Shown: one piece after another, positions 37,536 to 46,570 of the stretch
Position numbering within the stretch: position 1 is the stretch's first letter
How the letters are laid out: each line of letters begins with the position of its first letter
Assembly (NCBI GenBank): GCA_963805625.1
Contig: CAWDVE010000019.1
Location: forward strand, 576,001 to 640,000
Origin: an uncultured Candidatus Rokubacteria bacterium
Lineage (GTDB): Bacteria; Methylomirabilota; Methylomirabilia; Rokubacteriales; DASRDR01
Direction of reading: 5' to 3'
Length of the DNA: 64,000 bases
The notes under the pieces: model-generated
Told to the model about the DNA's origin: nothing
Databases searched by the model: none
The model's input: the letters and a program-made list of their open reading frames with translations, nothing else
Program-made: the position numbers and the translations under genes

Positions 37536-40498
37536 GGCGGCTCGAGGCGCGGCTCGTCGAGGACGTGCGCGCGCTCCGCGAGCGGGACCCGCGCGGCGCG
37601 CTCCTCCTCGTGGTCCCGAGCCGGCTCCTCGGCGCGCGCCTGAGGGCCCGTCTCGCGCGCGCGCTCGACGGCGTCGCGGGGATCCACGTCGTGACGCTCC
37701 CCGAGTTGGCCGAGCGCGTCGCCTTGCTGCCGCTCGCGCTCGCGGGACGCCAGCCGCTCCCGGCGGTGGCCGACCGGCTCCTCGTCGACCGGGCGATCCG
37801 CGAGGCGGTGCCGCCGGTGGGCGGCTACTTCTCCGGGGTTCTCGCCGCACGAAACTTCCCGGCGGCGGTGCTACGGACCCTCCTCGACGTCAAGCGCGCC
37901 CGGCTCGGGCCCGCGGAGCTCGAGGCGGCGTTCCCCGAGAGCGTGAAGGTCCGGGAGCTCGCGGCCTCCTATCGTGCGCTCGAGACGGCGATCGTGCGGC
38001 ACGGCTACTACGACGCCTCGGACCTGCTCGCCGAGGCCGCGCGCCTCGTCCTCGCCGATCCGGGGCGGCTCGGGGCGGCGGCGGTCCTTGTCTTCGGATT
38101 CGTGGAGCTGAACCCGCTGGAAGGGCGCCTCCTCGACGCGTGCGGCGGGGAGGCGACGGTCCTTCGCTATCCCGCCGGTGCGGACGCGGCGGACCTGCCG
38201 GCGTCTTCCGCCATCGAGATTGTCGCGGCGCCCGGCGAGGAGCGCGAGGTCCGCGAGATCGTCCGCGTGATCCTCGGTCACGTGGAGGTCGGGGGCCGGC
38301 TCGACGAGGTCGGCATCCTTCTCCGCCAGCCGGCGACCTACCTGGCTGCGGTGCGCGACGTCTTCGGCGCGGCCGGCATCCCGTACACCCTGGGGACGGC
38401 GCCGGCCGTCGGCGAGACCCGCGCAGGCCGGAGCCTGCGTCTCCTGGCCGAAGTGCGGCGATCGGACTTCGCCCGTGCGGCGGTGATGGAGTTCCTGGCG
38501 TTCGCCGATCTCAGAATCCGGCCCGGAACGAGCCCCGCGGAGTGGGAGCGGCTGTCGCGCCAGGCCGGGATCGTCGGCGGCGCTCGCGAGTGGCGGGAGC
38601 GGCTCGATCGGCTGGGGCGCCGGCTCGAGCCGGCGCCCGAGACGGATGACGACGACGAGGAGCGCCGGGCGCGGCGGGCGGGCGATCGGGACGCGCTCGG
38701 CGCTCTCCGCCGGGCGGCGCGCGTCCTCCTGCGCGGCCTCTCGCGGCTTCCGGATCCCGCGCCGGTGGAGGCGCTCGTGGACGCCTTCACGCGGACGTTC
38801 CGCCGTCTCGTGGAGACGTCCCCGGAGGCCGAGCTGGCGCTCGGCGCGCTCGCGCGGCTCCGGGAGCTCGGCACGGTGGACGCCGTCGTCCCGCTCGAGG
38901 AGTTCTGGACCCTGCTCGAGGCCGCGCTGGCCGCGCCGTCGGCGAACGGGCCGGAGCCTGGGCCCGGCCGGGTGTTCGTCGGCGAGCTCGGCGTCGCTCT
39001 CGGGGTCGACTTCCCGCTCACCATCGTGCCGGGGCTGGTCGAGGGCGGGTTCCCGGCCGCGCCACGTCAGGACCCCATCCTGCTCGACGCCGAGCGCCGC
39101 CAGCTGACGGGCCTCCCGCTCGCGGAGGAGGCGAGGGGACTCGAGCGAGTGCGTTTCGCGCTGGCCGTCGGATCCGGGGCGCGCCGCGTCGTCCTGACGT
39201 ACCCGCGGATCGACGCGGAGAGCGGGCGCCCGCGCGTCCCGTCGTTCCTCGTGCTGGACCTGCTGGAGTCGGTGACGGGAGAGCGCCACGACTTCGAGAC
39301 CCTCGAGGCCTTCCCCGGCTGGCGGACGGTCCCGCTTCATCCGGCGCCCCCCTCCGCACGCGAGCGGCCGCTCGACGAGCGGGAGTGGCTCGTGACCCGG
39401 GCGCTCGCGGCGCGCGGGGACCCGGAGCCGCTGCTGAGGCATCTACCGGGTGCCCGGCGTGGCCTCGCGGCGATCCGGTCCCGGGAGGGGACGGACGTCC
39501 TCACGGCGTACGACGGACTCCTCGGGCGGGGGGTCGATCTGGGCGTGACGCCGCTGGCGCCGACGGCGCTCGAGCGGTACGCGTCCTGCCCGTTCCGGTT
39601 CCTCCTCGAGCGTGTCTACCGGCTGGAGGCGGTCGAGGAGCCGGATCGCATCCTCATGATCGACCCGAGGGATCGGGGCGACCTGGTCCACGCGGTCCTC
39701 GAGGCGACGTTCCGGCAGCTCGCGGAGAGCGGGGCATTGCCGCTCACACGCGAGCGCCTCCAGGTGGCGCTCGACACGCTCGACGCCGCGTTCGCCGTCG
39801 CGTGCGCCGAGGCCGAGCGCCGGGGTCTGACGGGGCTGCCGGCCCTCTGGGCGGGCGAGCAGGCCCGCCTTCGCGAGGAGCTCCGATCTGCCCTCGAGGC
39901 CGAGGCGGATGACCCGGCGGGCTGGCGGCCGGCTCTCTTCGAGGTGGCCTTCGGCGTCGAGAGGCCAGGCGCGCCAGACGGAACCACCGCCCCGCTCGTC
40001 TACCAGCTCCCGGACGGCAGCGCGCTCGTCCTCCGCGGTCAGATCGACCGCATCGACGTCTCGTCCGACGGGCGGCGCGCGCGCGTCCTCGACTACAAGA
40101 CCGGCAAGCTCCGGTCGCCGCGGACGCCGGACCGCCTCGCAAAGGGCCGGGCGCTCCAGCTTCCGGTCTACCGGCTGGCCGCGGAGGCCTTGCTCGCGGC
40201 GGCCGGACCCACGGCCGTCGAGGAGGCGCAGTACTACCACGTCATCGGGCCCGACGCCGGGACGCGCGTGCGCTTCACCCGCGCCGGCTGGGAGGCACGC
40301 CGCGCCGACTTCGACCGGGTGCTCGCCACGATCGTCGGCGGCATCCGGGCGGGGCGGTTCTTCCAGCGCCCCGGCGCCTGCGCCCGGGGCCCGTGCGCCT
40401 TCGACCTCGCGTGCGGCGCCGAGCGCGGACGATGGGCGGAGGCCAAGCGTGCCGACCCCGCGGTCCTGGCCCACGAGACCCTGGACGCGATCGAATGA
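37532..40498 (+). CDS. addB: AddB/RexB-like subunit with a PD-(D/E)XK nuclease and a 4-Cys Fe-S staple
   Basis: No Walker A; 'YASCPFRF', 'RG...H..LE', 'LRGQIDRID', 'DYKTG', 'QLPVY', 'CARGPCAFDLAC'; ATGA overlap with the upstream gene. Confidence 0.82.
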   Translation: MRRLEARLVEDVRALRERDPRGALLLVVPSRLLGARLRARLARALDGVAGIHVVTLPELAERVALLPLALAGRQPLPAVADRLLVDRAIREAVPPVGGYFSGVLAARNFPAAVLRTLLDVKRARLGPAELEAAFPESVKVRELAASYRALETAIVRHGYYDASDLLAEAARLVLADPGRLGAAAVLVFGFVELNPLEGRLLDACGGEATVLRYPAGADAADLPASSAIEIVAAPGEEREVREIVRVILGHVEVGGRLDEVGILLRQPATYLAAVRDVFGAAGIPYTLGTAPAVGETRAGRSLRLLAEVRRSDFARAAVMEFLAFADLRIRPGTSPAEWERLSRQAGIVGGAREWRERLDRLGRRLEPAPETDDDDEERRARRAGDRDALGALRRAARVLLRGLSRLPDPAPVEALVDAFTRTFRRLVETSPEAELALGALARLRELGTVDAVVPLEEFWTLLEAALAAPSANGPEPGPGRVFVGELGVALGVDFPLTIVPGLVEGGFPAAPRQDPILLDAERRQLTGLPLAEEARGLERVRFALAVGSGARRVVLTYPRIDAESGRPRVPSFLVLDLLESVTGERHDFETLEAFPGWRTVPLHPAPPSARERPLDEREWLVTRALAARGDPEPLLRHLPGARRGLAAIRSREGTDVLTAYDGLLGRGVDLGVTPLAPTALERYASCPFRFLLERVYRLEAVEEPDRILMIDPRDRGDLVHAVLEATFRQLAESGALPLTRERLQVALDTLDAAFAVACAEAERRGLTGLPALWAGEQARLREELRSALEAEADDPAGWRPALFEVAFGVERPGAPDGTTAPLVYQLPDGSALVLRGQIDRIDVSSDGRRARVLDYKTGKLRSPRTPDRLAKGRALQLPVYRLAAEALLAAAGPTAVEEAQYYHVIGPDAGTRVRFTRAGWEARRADFDRVLATIVGGIRAGRFFQRPGACARGPCAFDLACGAERGRWAEAKRADPAVLAHETLDAIE

Positions 40499-43400
40499 CC
40501 TCACCGGGCGCCCCAGGCCGGAGCCCGTTCACTCCGAGCGATCCGGCCGGTCCGCTCGCGGACCACGAGGAGCGTCGCCGCGCGCTCGAGGACCTCGACA
40601 CCACGTTCCTGGTCGAGGCGGCGGCCGGCAGCGGGAAGACCACGCTGCTCCTCGGTCGCATCGTGAACCTCGTCCGGAGCGGGCGGGCGCGCCTCGCGGA
40701 GATCGCGGCCGTCACGTTCACCGAGAAGGCGGCCGCCGACTTGCGAGTGCGCCTCCGCGGCGAGCTGGCGCGCGCCGGCCTCCACGGGGCGCTCCGCGAG
40801 CTCGAGATCGCCCGGATCGGGACGATTCACGCGTTCGCGGCCGGGCTCCTGCGCGAGCGCCCCGTCGAGGCCGGCGTGGATCCGGGGTTCACGGTCGCCG
40901 ACCCGCTCACCGCCCGCCTCCTCCTGGACCGGACCTGGGAGGCGTGGCTCCCGGCGGCGCTGTCGGACCCATCGGCGGCCGAGACCGTGCGACAGGCGAT
41001 CGAGCGAGGGCTCGGACTCGAGCGCCTCCGTGATCTGGCCTTCGCGCTTGTGGACGCGCGAGACCGGCTCGACGGGCTCCCGGATCCGGAGCCGTACGCC
41101 GAGCCGCCGGCGGCCCTGAACGTGGACGTTCGCGCGACGATCGTGCGACTCGCCGAGCGCGCGCGCGGCGCCGTCAAGGACCCGGAGGATCGTGCGGCGC
41201 GGACGCTCGAGGACCTGGCGCAATGGGTCCACCAGACGGCGGGCTTGCCGGAGGCTGACCAGGTGAGCGCGCTCCTGGGCCCGGCACGGCTGCCGGACAA
41301 GCCCGAGAGGCTCGGCAACAAGGCAAAGTGGCAGGACAAGGCCGGGCTGGAGGAGTGCCGGACCGGTCTCATCGCGCTGCGCGAGCGGGTCGAGGTCGCG
41401 CGAGCGGTCGCCCGCCACAACCTGGTCGCCGGCCTCGCCTGCTGGGCGGCGGGCTTCGCCGCCGCCTACGACCTCGCCAAGGGCCGGGCGGGCTGCCTCG
41501 ACTTCCTCGACCTGCTCCTGCGGGCGCGTAACCTCGTGCGCGACCGGGTGGACGTGCGATGCGACCTCCAGCGCGCGATCCGGTACCTCCTGGTCGACGA
41601 GTTCCAGGACACCGACCCGCTCCAGCTCGAGATGGTCCTGAGCCTCGCGGAGGGCGCGCCTTCGGGGAGCCTCTTCGTTGTCGGCGACCCGAAGCAGAGC
41701 ATCTACCGGTTCCGCCGGGCCGACATCGAGACCTACGAGGATGCGAAGCGGACGATCGCCGGGTGCGGCGAGGTCCTGACGATCCGCGCGAACTTCCGGA
41801 GCTCTCGCGCGATCCTGGAGGCCGTCAACGGCGTGTTCGAGGGCGTCATGGTCCCGCCGCCCGACGGCGCCTATCAGCCGACGTACGTGGCGCTCGAGCC
41901 CTCGCCCCGGACCCAGCCCGGCGGGCTGCCGGTGGTCCTCGCGCTGCCGCCGGACGTGCCGACGGCCGGAAGCGTCAGCGAGGCCGCGGCGCAGGAGGCG
42001 CGTTTGGTCGCCGCCTATCTCCGCCGTGAGGTCGAGCACGCGCACCGCTTCCGCTACGGCGACGTCGCGCTCCTGTTCCGCGCGATGACGAACGTGGTCT
42101 CGTACGAGGACGCGCTCCGGGAGGCGGGCATCCCGTTCCGCACGGTCGGGGGGCGCCACTATTACGACCGGTCCGAGGTGGGCTGGACGATCGCGGCGCT
42201 GGCGGCGATCGAGGACCCGCACGACCCCGTGGCGCTCGTGGGCGCGCTCCGCTCCCCGTTCTTCGGCGTCACGGACGAGATGCTCCTCGGTCTCCACACC
42301 TCGGGCGGGGAGTTCTGCTATCTCCGGCCGCTCCCGGCCGATGCCGACCCGTCGCTCGCGCGGGCATGGACGCTTCTCGGCGCGCTTCACCGCGAGCGGA
42401 ACGCCGTGGCGCCGGCCGCGGTCGTCGAGCGACTTCTGGCCGGCACCGAGGCGCTTGCCGCCTACGCCCTCGAGCCTCAGGGCGAGGCGCGCGTCGCCAA
42501 CCTCCTGAAGGTCCTCGACACCGCGCGGGCGTTGGAGGCGACGGGGGCGCTCACCTTTCGCGGGCTCGTCCGGTGGCTTCGCGATCGCGGGGCGGCCCGC
42601 TACGAGGAGGAGGAGTCGGCGGTCGAGGCCGACGACGCGGTGCGCCTCATGACGATCCACAAGGCCAAGGGCCTCGAGTTTCCGGTCGTCGTCATACCCG
42701 ACCTCGGCCGCGAGGGGCCGTGGCGGGCGCCGGTGGTCCTGGCGGACCGCGCATCGGGGCGGCTCGCCGTGAACCTTGGTCGCCTGGGCGATGCGACGAT
42801 GACGACGCTCGACTGGGCGGACGCCGAGGCCAGGGAGATCCAGCGCGTGGACGCCGAGGCGCTCCGCGTGCTCTACGTGGCCCTCACGCGCGCGGAGCGG
42901 GGGTTCGTGCTTCCCGTGCCGCCGCGGCCGGAAGGCAAGGGCTTCTACCAGCATCTCGCCGCCCTCCTCGGCACCCCGACGGACGTCCTCACCATCGACG
43001 ATCTCGAGCGCCCGGGTCGCGGCCCCGAAGCGCCCGCCGCTCCCGCGGGACCGGAGGAGGCCCTCGACGTCTGGCGCGCGCGCCACCGGGCGCTCATCGC
43101 GCGCGGCGGCGCGGTGGAGGAAGGCCCGCCGGGCGGTGATGGCGCTCGCGTCGGCCCCCTCACGCGCGCCGCCCGCCAGCGCCTGGCGGCGGCCGCGCTG
43201 GCCCGCGCGGCGCTCCTTCTGGTGGACCTCGGTCGCCCCGACGCCGCGCCCCCCGTCGTGACGGCGCTGGGAGCGCGTCGCGGCGCACGGCCGGAGGTCG
43301 TTGCCGAGGCGGCGCGGCTTCTCCGACAGGCGCTGGCGGACCCGGTGATCGATCGGGCGCGCCGCGCTTCGTGGCTGGCGCGCGACGTGCCGGTGGCGAT

Positions 43401-43584
43401 CGCGGCGGAGGGCGCGGTCGCGGAGGACCGCCTCGACCTCCTCTTCGAGGAGTCCGGGGGCCTGGTCGTCGTGCGGGTCGAGGCGGGCGCGGCCGACGCC
43501 GCCTCACCCGGGCTTCAGCCGGACGCGCTCGCCCAGGCGCTCGGCCGGCCGGTGCGGGAGGTGCTGACCTTGAGCCTGTCCTAG
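40495..43584 (+). CDS. addA: AddA/RecB-like UvrD (SF1A) helicase with a degenerate C-terminal nuclease
   Basis: 'AAAGSGKT', 'TFTEKAA', 'TIHAF', 'DEFQDT', 'VGDPKQSIYRFR', 'NFRS', 'MTIHKAKGLEF', 'YVALTRA'. Confidence 0.88.
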   Translation: MTSPGAPGRSPFTPSDPAGPLADHEERRRALEDLDTTFLVEAAAGSGKTTLLLGRIVNLVRSGRARLAEIAAVTFTEKAAADLRVRLRGELARAGLHGALRELEIARIGTIHAFAAGLLRERPVEAGVDPGFTVADPLTARLLLDRTWEAWLPAALSDPSAAETVRQAIERGLGLERLRDLAFALVDARDRLDGLPDPEPYAEPPAALNVDVRATIVRLAERARGAVKDPEDRAARTLEDLAQWVHQTAGLPEADQVSALLGPARLPDKPERLGNKAKWQDKAGLEECRTGLIALRERVEVARAVARHNLVAGLACWAAGFAAAYDLAKGRAGCLDFLDLLLRARNLVRDRVDVRCDLQRAIRYLLVDEFQDTDPLQLEMVLSLAEGAPSGSLFVVGDPKQSIYRFRRADIETYEDAKRTIAGCGEVLTIRANFRSSRAILEAVNGVFEGVMVPPPDGAYQPTYVALEPSPRTQPGGLPVVLALPPDVPTAGSVSEAAAQEARLVAAYLRREVEHAHRFRYGDVALLFRAMTNVVSYEDALREAGIPFRTVGGRHYYDRSEVGWTIAALAAIEDPHDPVALVGALRSPFFGVTDEMLLGLHTSGGEFCYLRPLPADADPSLARAWTLLGALHRERNAVAPAAVVERLLAGTEALAAYALEPQGEARVANLLKVLDTARALEATGALTFRGLVRWLRDRGAARYEEEESAVEADDAVRLMTIHKAKGLEFPVVVIPDLGREGPWRAPVVLADRASGRLAVNLGRLGDATMTTLDWADAEAREIQRVDAEALRVLYVALTRAERGFVLPVPPRPEGKGFYQHLAALLGTPTDVLTIDDLERPGRGPEAPAAPAGPEEALDVWRARHRALIARGGAVEEGPPGGDGARVGPLTRAARQRLAAAALARAALLLVDLGRPDAAPPVVTALGARRGARPEVVAEAARLLRQALADPVIDRARRASWLARDVPVAIAAEGAVAEDRLDLLFEESGGLVVVRVEAGAADAASPGLQPDALAQALGRPVREVLTLSLS

Positions 43585-43724
43585 GCTGCGGGGGCGAGGA
43601 CTGGGCCGCGCGGGGCCTGCGCTCGGCGGTCCACGCGGCGGGCGGCCTGAAGGGCTGGTGGACACGCGCGCGCCAGGTGCGGGGGTAGCCCGGGGCCGAG
43701 CCCTGAGTCGTGTATGGTACCGCC

Positions 43725-44834
43725 ATGAGAGGGGTCCGCACCGCCTCGCTTTACTGCGCGGCAGGCCCGCCGGCCGGTCTCCTAGTTCAGCCGGCAGCCG
43801 CCGGGAGCCTCCTCGGGCTCGACCGGGACGAGGTCATCGCCGCGTTCCGGGAGCATGGCGTGCTCGTGTTTCAGGGGTTCCCCGTCGACGCGGCGGTGTT
43901 CGACACGTTCACCCGGCGCTTCGCCGATCGGTTCGTCATCCACGCGAACGCCACCAAGCTGCGCAAGCCGCCCGAGGCGGACGTGACCATCGGGACCGTC
44001 GACTACGGTGGTCGCGCCCTCGGTCCGCACTCGGAGCTGGCGTTCCTGCCGCGCCCCTTCCGTCCCGATATCCTGTTCCTGCACGGAGTGAGACAGGCCC
44101 CGGTGGGCGGCGCGACCACGGTCTACGACGGACAGGCGATCGCCCGCCAGCTCGATCCGGCCACCCGCCGGATTCTCGCCGCGAGTCGCCTCCGGTATCG
44201 GATTCCCGTGCCGAGACAGGTCTGGTCCCAGGTGCTGGAGATCGAGTCGCCTCAGGCTCTCGCGCGCGTGTCCGGCGATTTCCGCATCGTCGTGGGCGGT
44301 CTTCGCGCGCTCTCGATCCGGTGGCTGCTGAGGTCCACGAGCTGGGTCATCGGCAAGGCACTCCGCAAGGATCTGGCGGCGCTGGACCGGGACGACCCTC
44401 ACTTCCGGCTGGCCGCGTTCCTGGCGGGTCCCGACGCCCAGTCGGACTCGATCTACGTCGATTGGGAGACACCGGCCCTGACGCGCTCCAGATTCTCGGG
44501 GCAGGAGGCGCTGGCGACCTCGCTCTTCTCCGGCTACATGCGGATCTACGGGCGTGTGAATGGCTGGCGGGTGTTCCGGTACCGGAGTCTCATCTCGCGG
44601 CTGCTGGAGACGGTCGAACGGTACCGGACGCCGATCGCGTGGGGTGGGGGCGACGTCCTGATGATCGACAACACGAGGATGATGCACGGACGGGAGCGTT
44701 TCGAGGACTCTGCCGGGGCCCGGCGGCACGTCCGGACCCGGTACGGCCTGGCGTCCTGGGCCGGAGGCTCGGGTGACGGTGAGGAGGCCGCGGCGATGCG
44801 TCGTGACCGAGGCAGACAGCCCGAGAATCCATGA
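43725..44834 (+). CDS. TauD/TfdA-family Fe(II)/2-oxoglutarate dioxygenase
   Basis: 'HGVLVFQGF', HxE 'PHSE', 'GGATT..DG', 'W..GDVLMIDN.RMMHGR..F'. Confidence 0.82.
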   Translation: MRGVRTASLYCAAGPPAGLLVQPAAAGSLLGLDRDEVIAAFREHGVLVFQGFPVDAAVFDTFTRRFADRFVIHANATKLRKPPEADVTIGTVDYGGRALGPHSELAFLPRPFRPDILFLHGVRQAPVGGATTVYDGQAIARQLDPATRRILAASRLRYRIPVPRQVWSQVLEIESPQALARVSGDFRIVVGGLRALSIRWLLRSTSWVIGKALRKDLAALDRDDPHFRLAAFLAGPDAQSDSIYVDWETPALTRSRFSGQEALATSLFSGYMRIYGRVNGWRVFRYRSLISRLLETVERYRTPIAWGGGDVLMIDNTRMMHGRERFEDSAGARRHVRTRYGLASWAGGSGDGEEAAAMRRDRGRQPENP

Positions 44835-46537
44835 TGCCCGGGCCTTCCCGTGTCGTCCGCGCCGGCCGGGGGATGCTCGGGGAGGCCGTAGTCGGGGCGC
44901 GGTTCGCGCTGCGCCTGCCGCCCTTCCTCCGGCGTCCGGTCGGCCAGGCGGAGGCACGAACCGTCCTGCGGAGCCGGCTGGAGCGGCGGGAGGTCGCGCT
45001 CCTTGGCCTCGCGAGGATCCTCTACGATTCCCCGGAGGGTCCGTACGCGGTCCTCCTCCGTCGGTCGGGATGCGAGTACGGCGATCTCGAGCGCCTGGTC
45101 GCCCGGGACGGCGCCGAGGGGGCGCTGGCTCAGCTCTTCCGAGCCGGCGTCTACCTCACGATCGACGAGTTCAAGGGACGGCGGCCCGTGGTTCGAGGGT
45201 CCACCACCGTTCGCGTGGAGCCCGGGCTCCTGCGCAACCCCCGATCGGCGCTCCACGTCGCGGCGCGGACCAGCGGGAGCCGGAGCGGCGGGACACCGGT
45301 CCTGGTCGATCTCGCGTTCCTCCGCGAGTGCGCCGTCGACACGCTGCTCGCGCTGGACGCCCGAGGCGCCGCGGAGTACGCCAAGGCGATCTGGCTGGTC
45401 CCCGGGGGGGCCGCCCTGGCCCGCCTCCTCGAGTTCGCGGGGTTCAGGCCAGTTCCGGCGCGCTGGTTCTCCCAGATCCATCCGGCGGCGGCGGGTCTGC
45501 ATCCTCGGTATCGCTGGAGCTCCCGCCTCACCCGATGGAGCAGCCTGGTGACCGGGGTACCGTTGCCGTTACCGGAGCACGTGTCCCTCGACGAGCCGCT
45601 CCCGGTCGCCGGCTGGATGCTCGACGTGCTGCGCCGAGGGCAGCGGCCACACCTGCTCACGTTCCCGAGCTCGGCCGCCCGTCTCTGCCACGCCGCAACG
45701 TCGGCCGGGCTCGATCTCCGGGGCGCACACTTCACGCTCACCGGCGAGCCGATCACGGCGACCCGGCTGGCGGCGATTCGCCGAGCCGGAGCGGACGCCG
45801 AGGCCCGCTACGGAATCATCGAGGCCGGGCCGATCGGGTACGGGTGCTTCGTGCCCGAGGCCCCTGACGACATGCACCTGCTCCACGACCTGGTGGCGGT
45901 GGTCCAGCCGGGCGTGGACGGCGCCGGCGCCGGTCTTCCGCCCGATGCCCTGCTGTTCACGTCGCTCCGGGCAACGGCGCCCTTCGCCCTGCTGAACGTC
46001 TCGATGGGAGATCGCGCGACGATGACGGGACGGCGATGCCAGTGCCCGCTCGAGCAGCTCGGGTGGACGACACACCTCCGGGAGATCGGGAGCCTCGAGA
46101 AGCTCACCGCCGGCGGGATGAGCTTCCTCGACACCGACGTGATCCCGGTGCTCGAGGAGGTGTTGCCCGCTCGGTTCGGCGGCGGCCCGACCGACTACCA
46201 GCTGGTGGAGGACGAGGGGGAGGCCGGCGAGCCACGTCTGCGACTCCTCGTCAGTCACCGGGTGGGCGACGTGGATCCGGACGCGGTGGCGGAGACCTTC
46301 CTTGCTGCGATGAGCTTCGGCTCGGGCGTGGAGCGCGTGATGGGCCTGATGTGGCGCCAGGCCCGTCTCCTCCGGGTCGAGCGGCGCTCCCCCCTGACCG
46401 CGGCGTCCGGCAAGGTCCTGCACCTCCATATCCCTGATGGGGGACGGGCGGCACAATCCCTTGGGCGGTGGGTCCCCTCGGACGCGGGCGAATCCGGGCG
46501 ATGCGAGTCGGACGCCGGCGTCATGCCGCTGCCCTGA
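44831..46537 (+). CDS. PaaK/CapK-like adenylate-forming (ANL-related) protein
   Basis: P-loop 'TSGSRSGG', 'TGEP', 'YGIIEAG', 'N..MGD', 'CQCP', 'DYQLVE', 'T.SGK'. Confidence 0.7.
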   Translation: MMPGPSRVVRAGRGMLGEAVVGARFALRLPPFLRRPVGQAEARTVLRSRLERREVALLGLARILYDSPEGPYAVLLRRSGCEYGDLERLVARDGAEGALAQLFRAGVYLTIDEFKGRRPVVRGSTTVRVEPGLLRNPRSALHVAARTSGSRSGGTPVLVDLAFLRECAVDTLLALDARGAAEYAKAIWLVPGGAALARLLEFAGFRPVPARWFSQIHPAAAGLHPRYRWSSRLTRWSSLVTGVPLPLPEHVSLDEPLPVAGWMLDVLRRGQRPHLLTFPSSAARLCHAATSAGLDLRGAHFTLTGEPITATRLAAIRRAGADAEARYGIIEAGPIGYGCFVPEAPDDMHLLHDLVAVVQPGVDGAGAGLPPDALLFTSLRATAPFALLNVSMGDRATMTGRRCQCPLEQLGWTTHLREIGSLEKLTAGGMSFLDTDVIPVLEEVLPARFGGGPTDYQLVEDEGEAGEPRLRLLVSHRVGDVDPDAVAETFLAAMSFGSGVERVMGLMWRQARLLRVERRSPLTAASGKVLHLHIPDGGRAAQSLGRWVPSDAGESGRCESDAGVMPLP

Positions 46538-46570
46538 AAGGGTCCACGGCGAAAAACGCGGGCCGTGGAC

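Noticed and set aside
37532-43584. Anti-phage helicase-nuclease system or Cas4
   Set aside because: Size, gene order and motifs fit housekeeping AddB-AddA, and there is no defence-island context.
43585-43710. tRNA or structured ncRNA after addA
   Set aside because: No cloverleaf, T-loop or CCA could be built; any pairing is explained by GC content.
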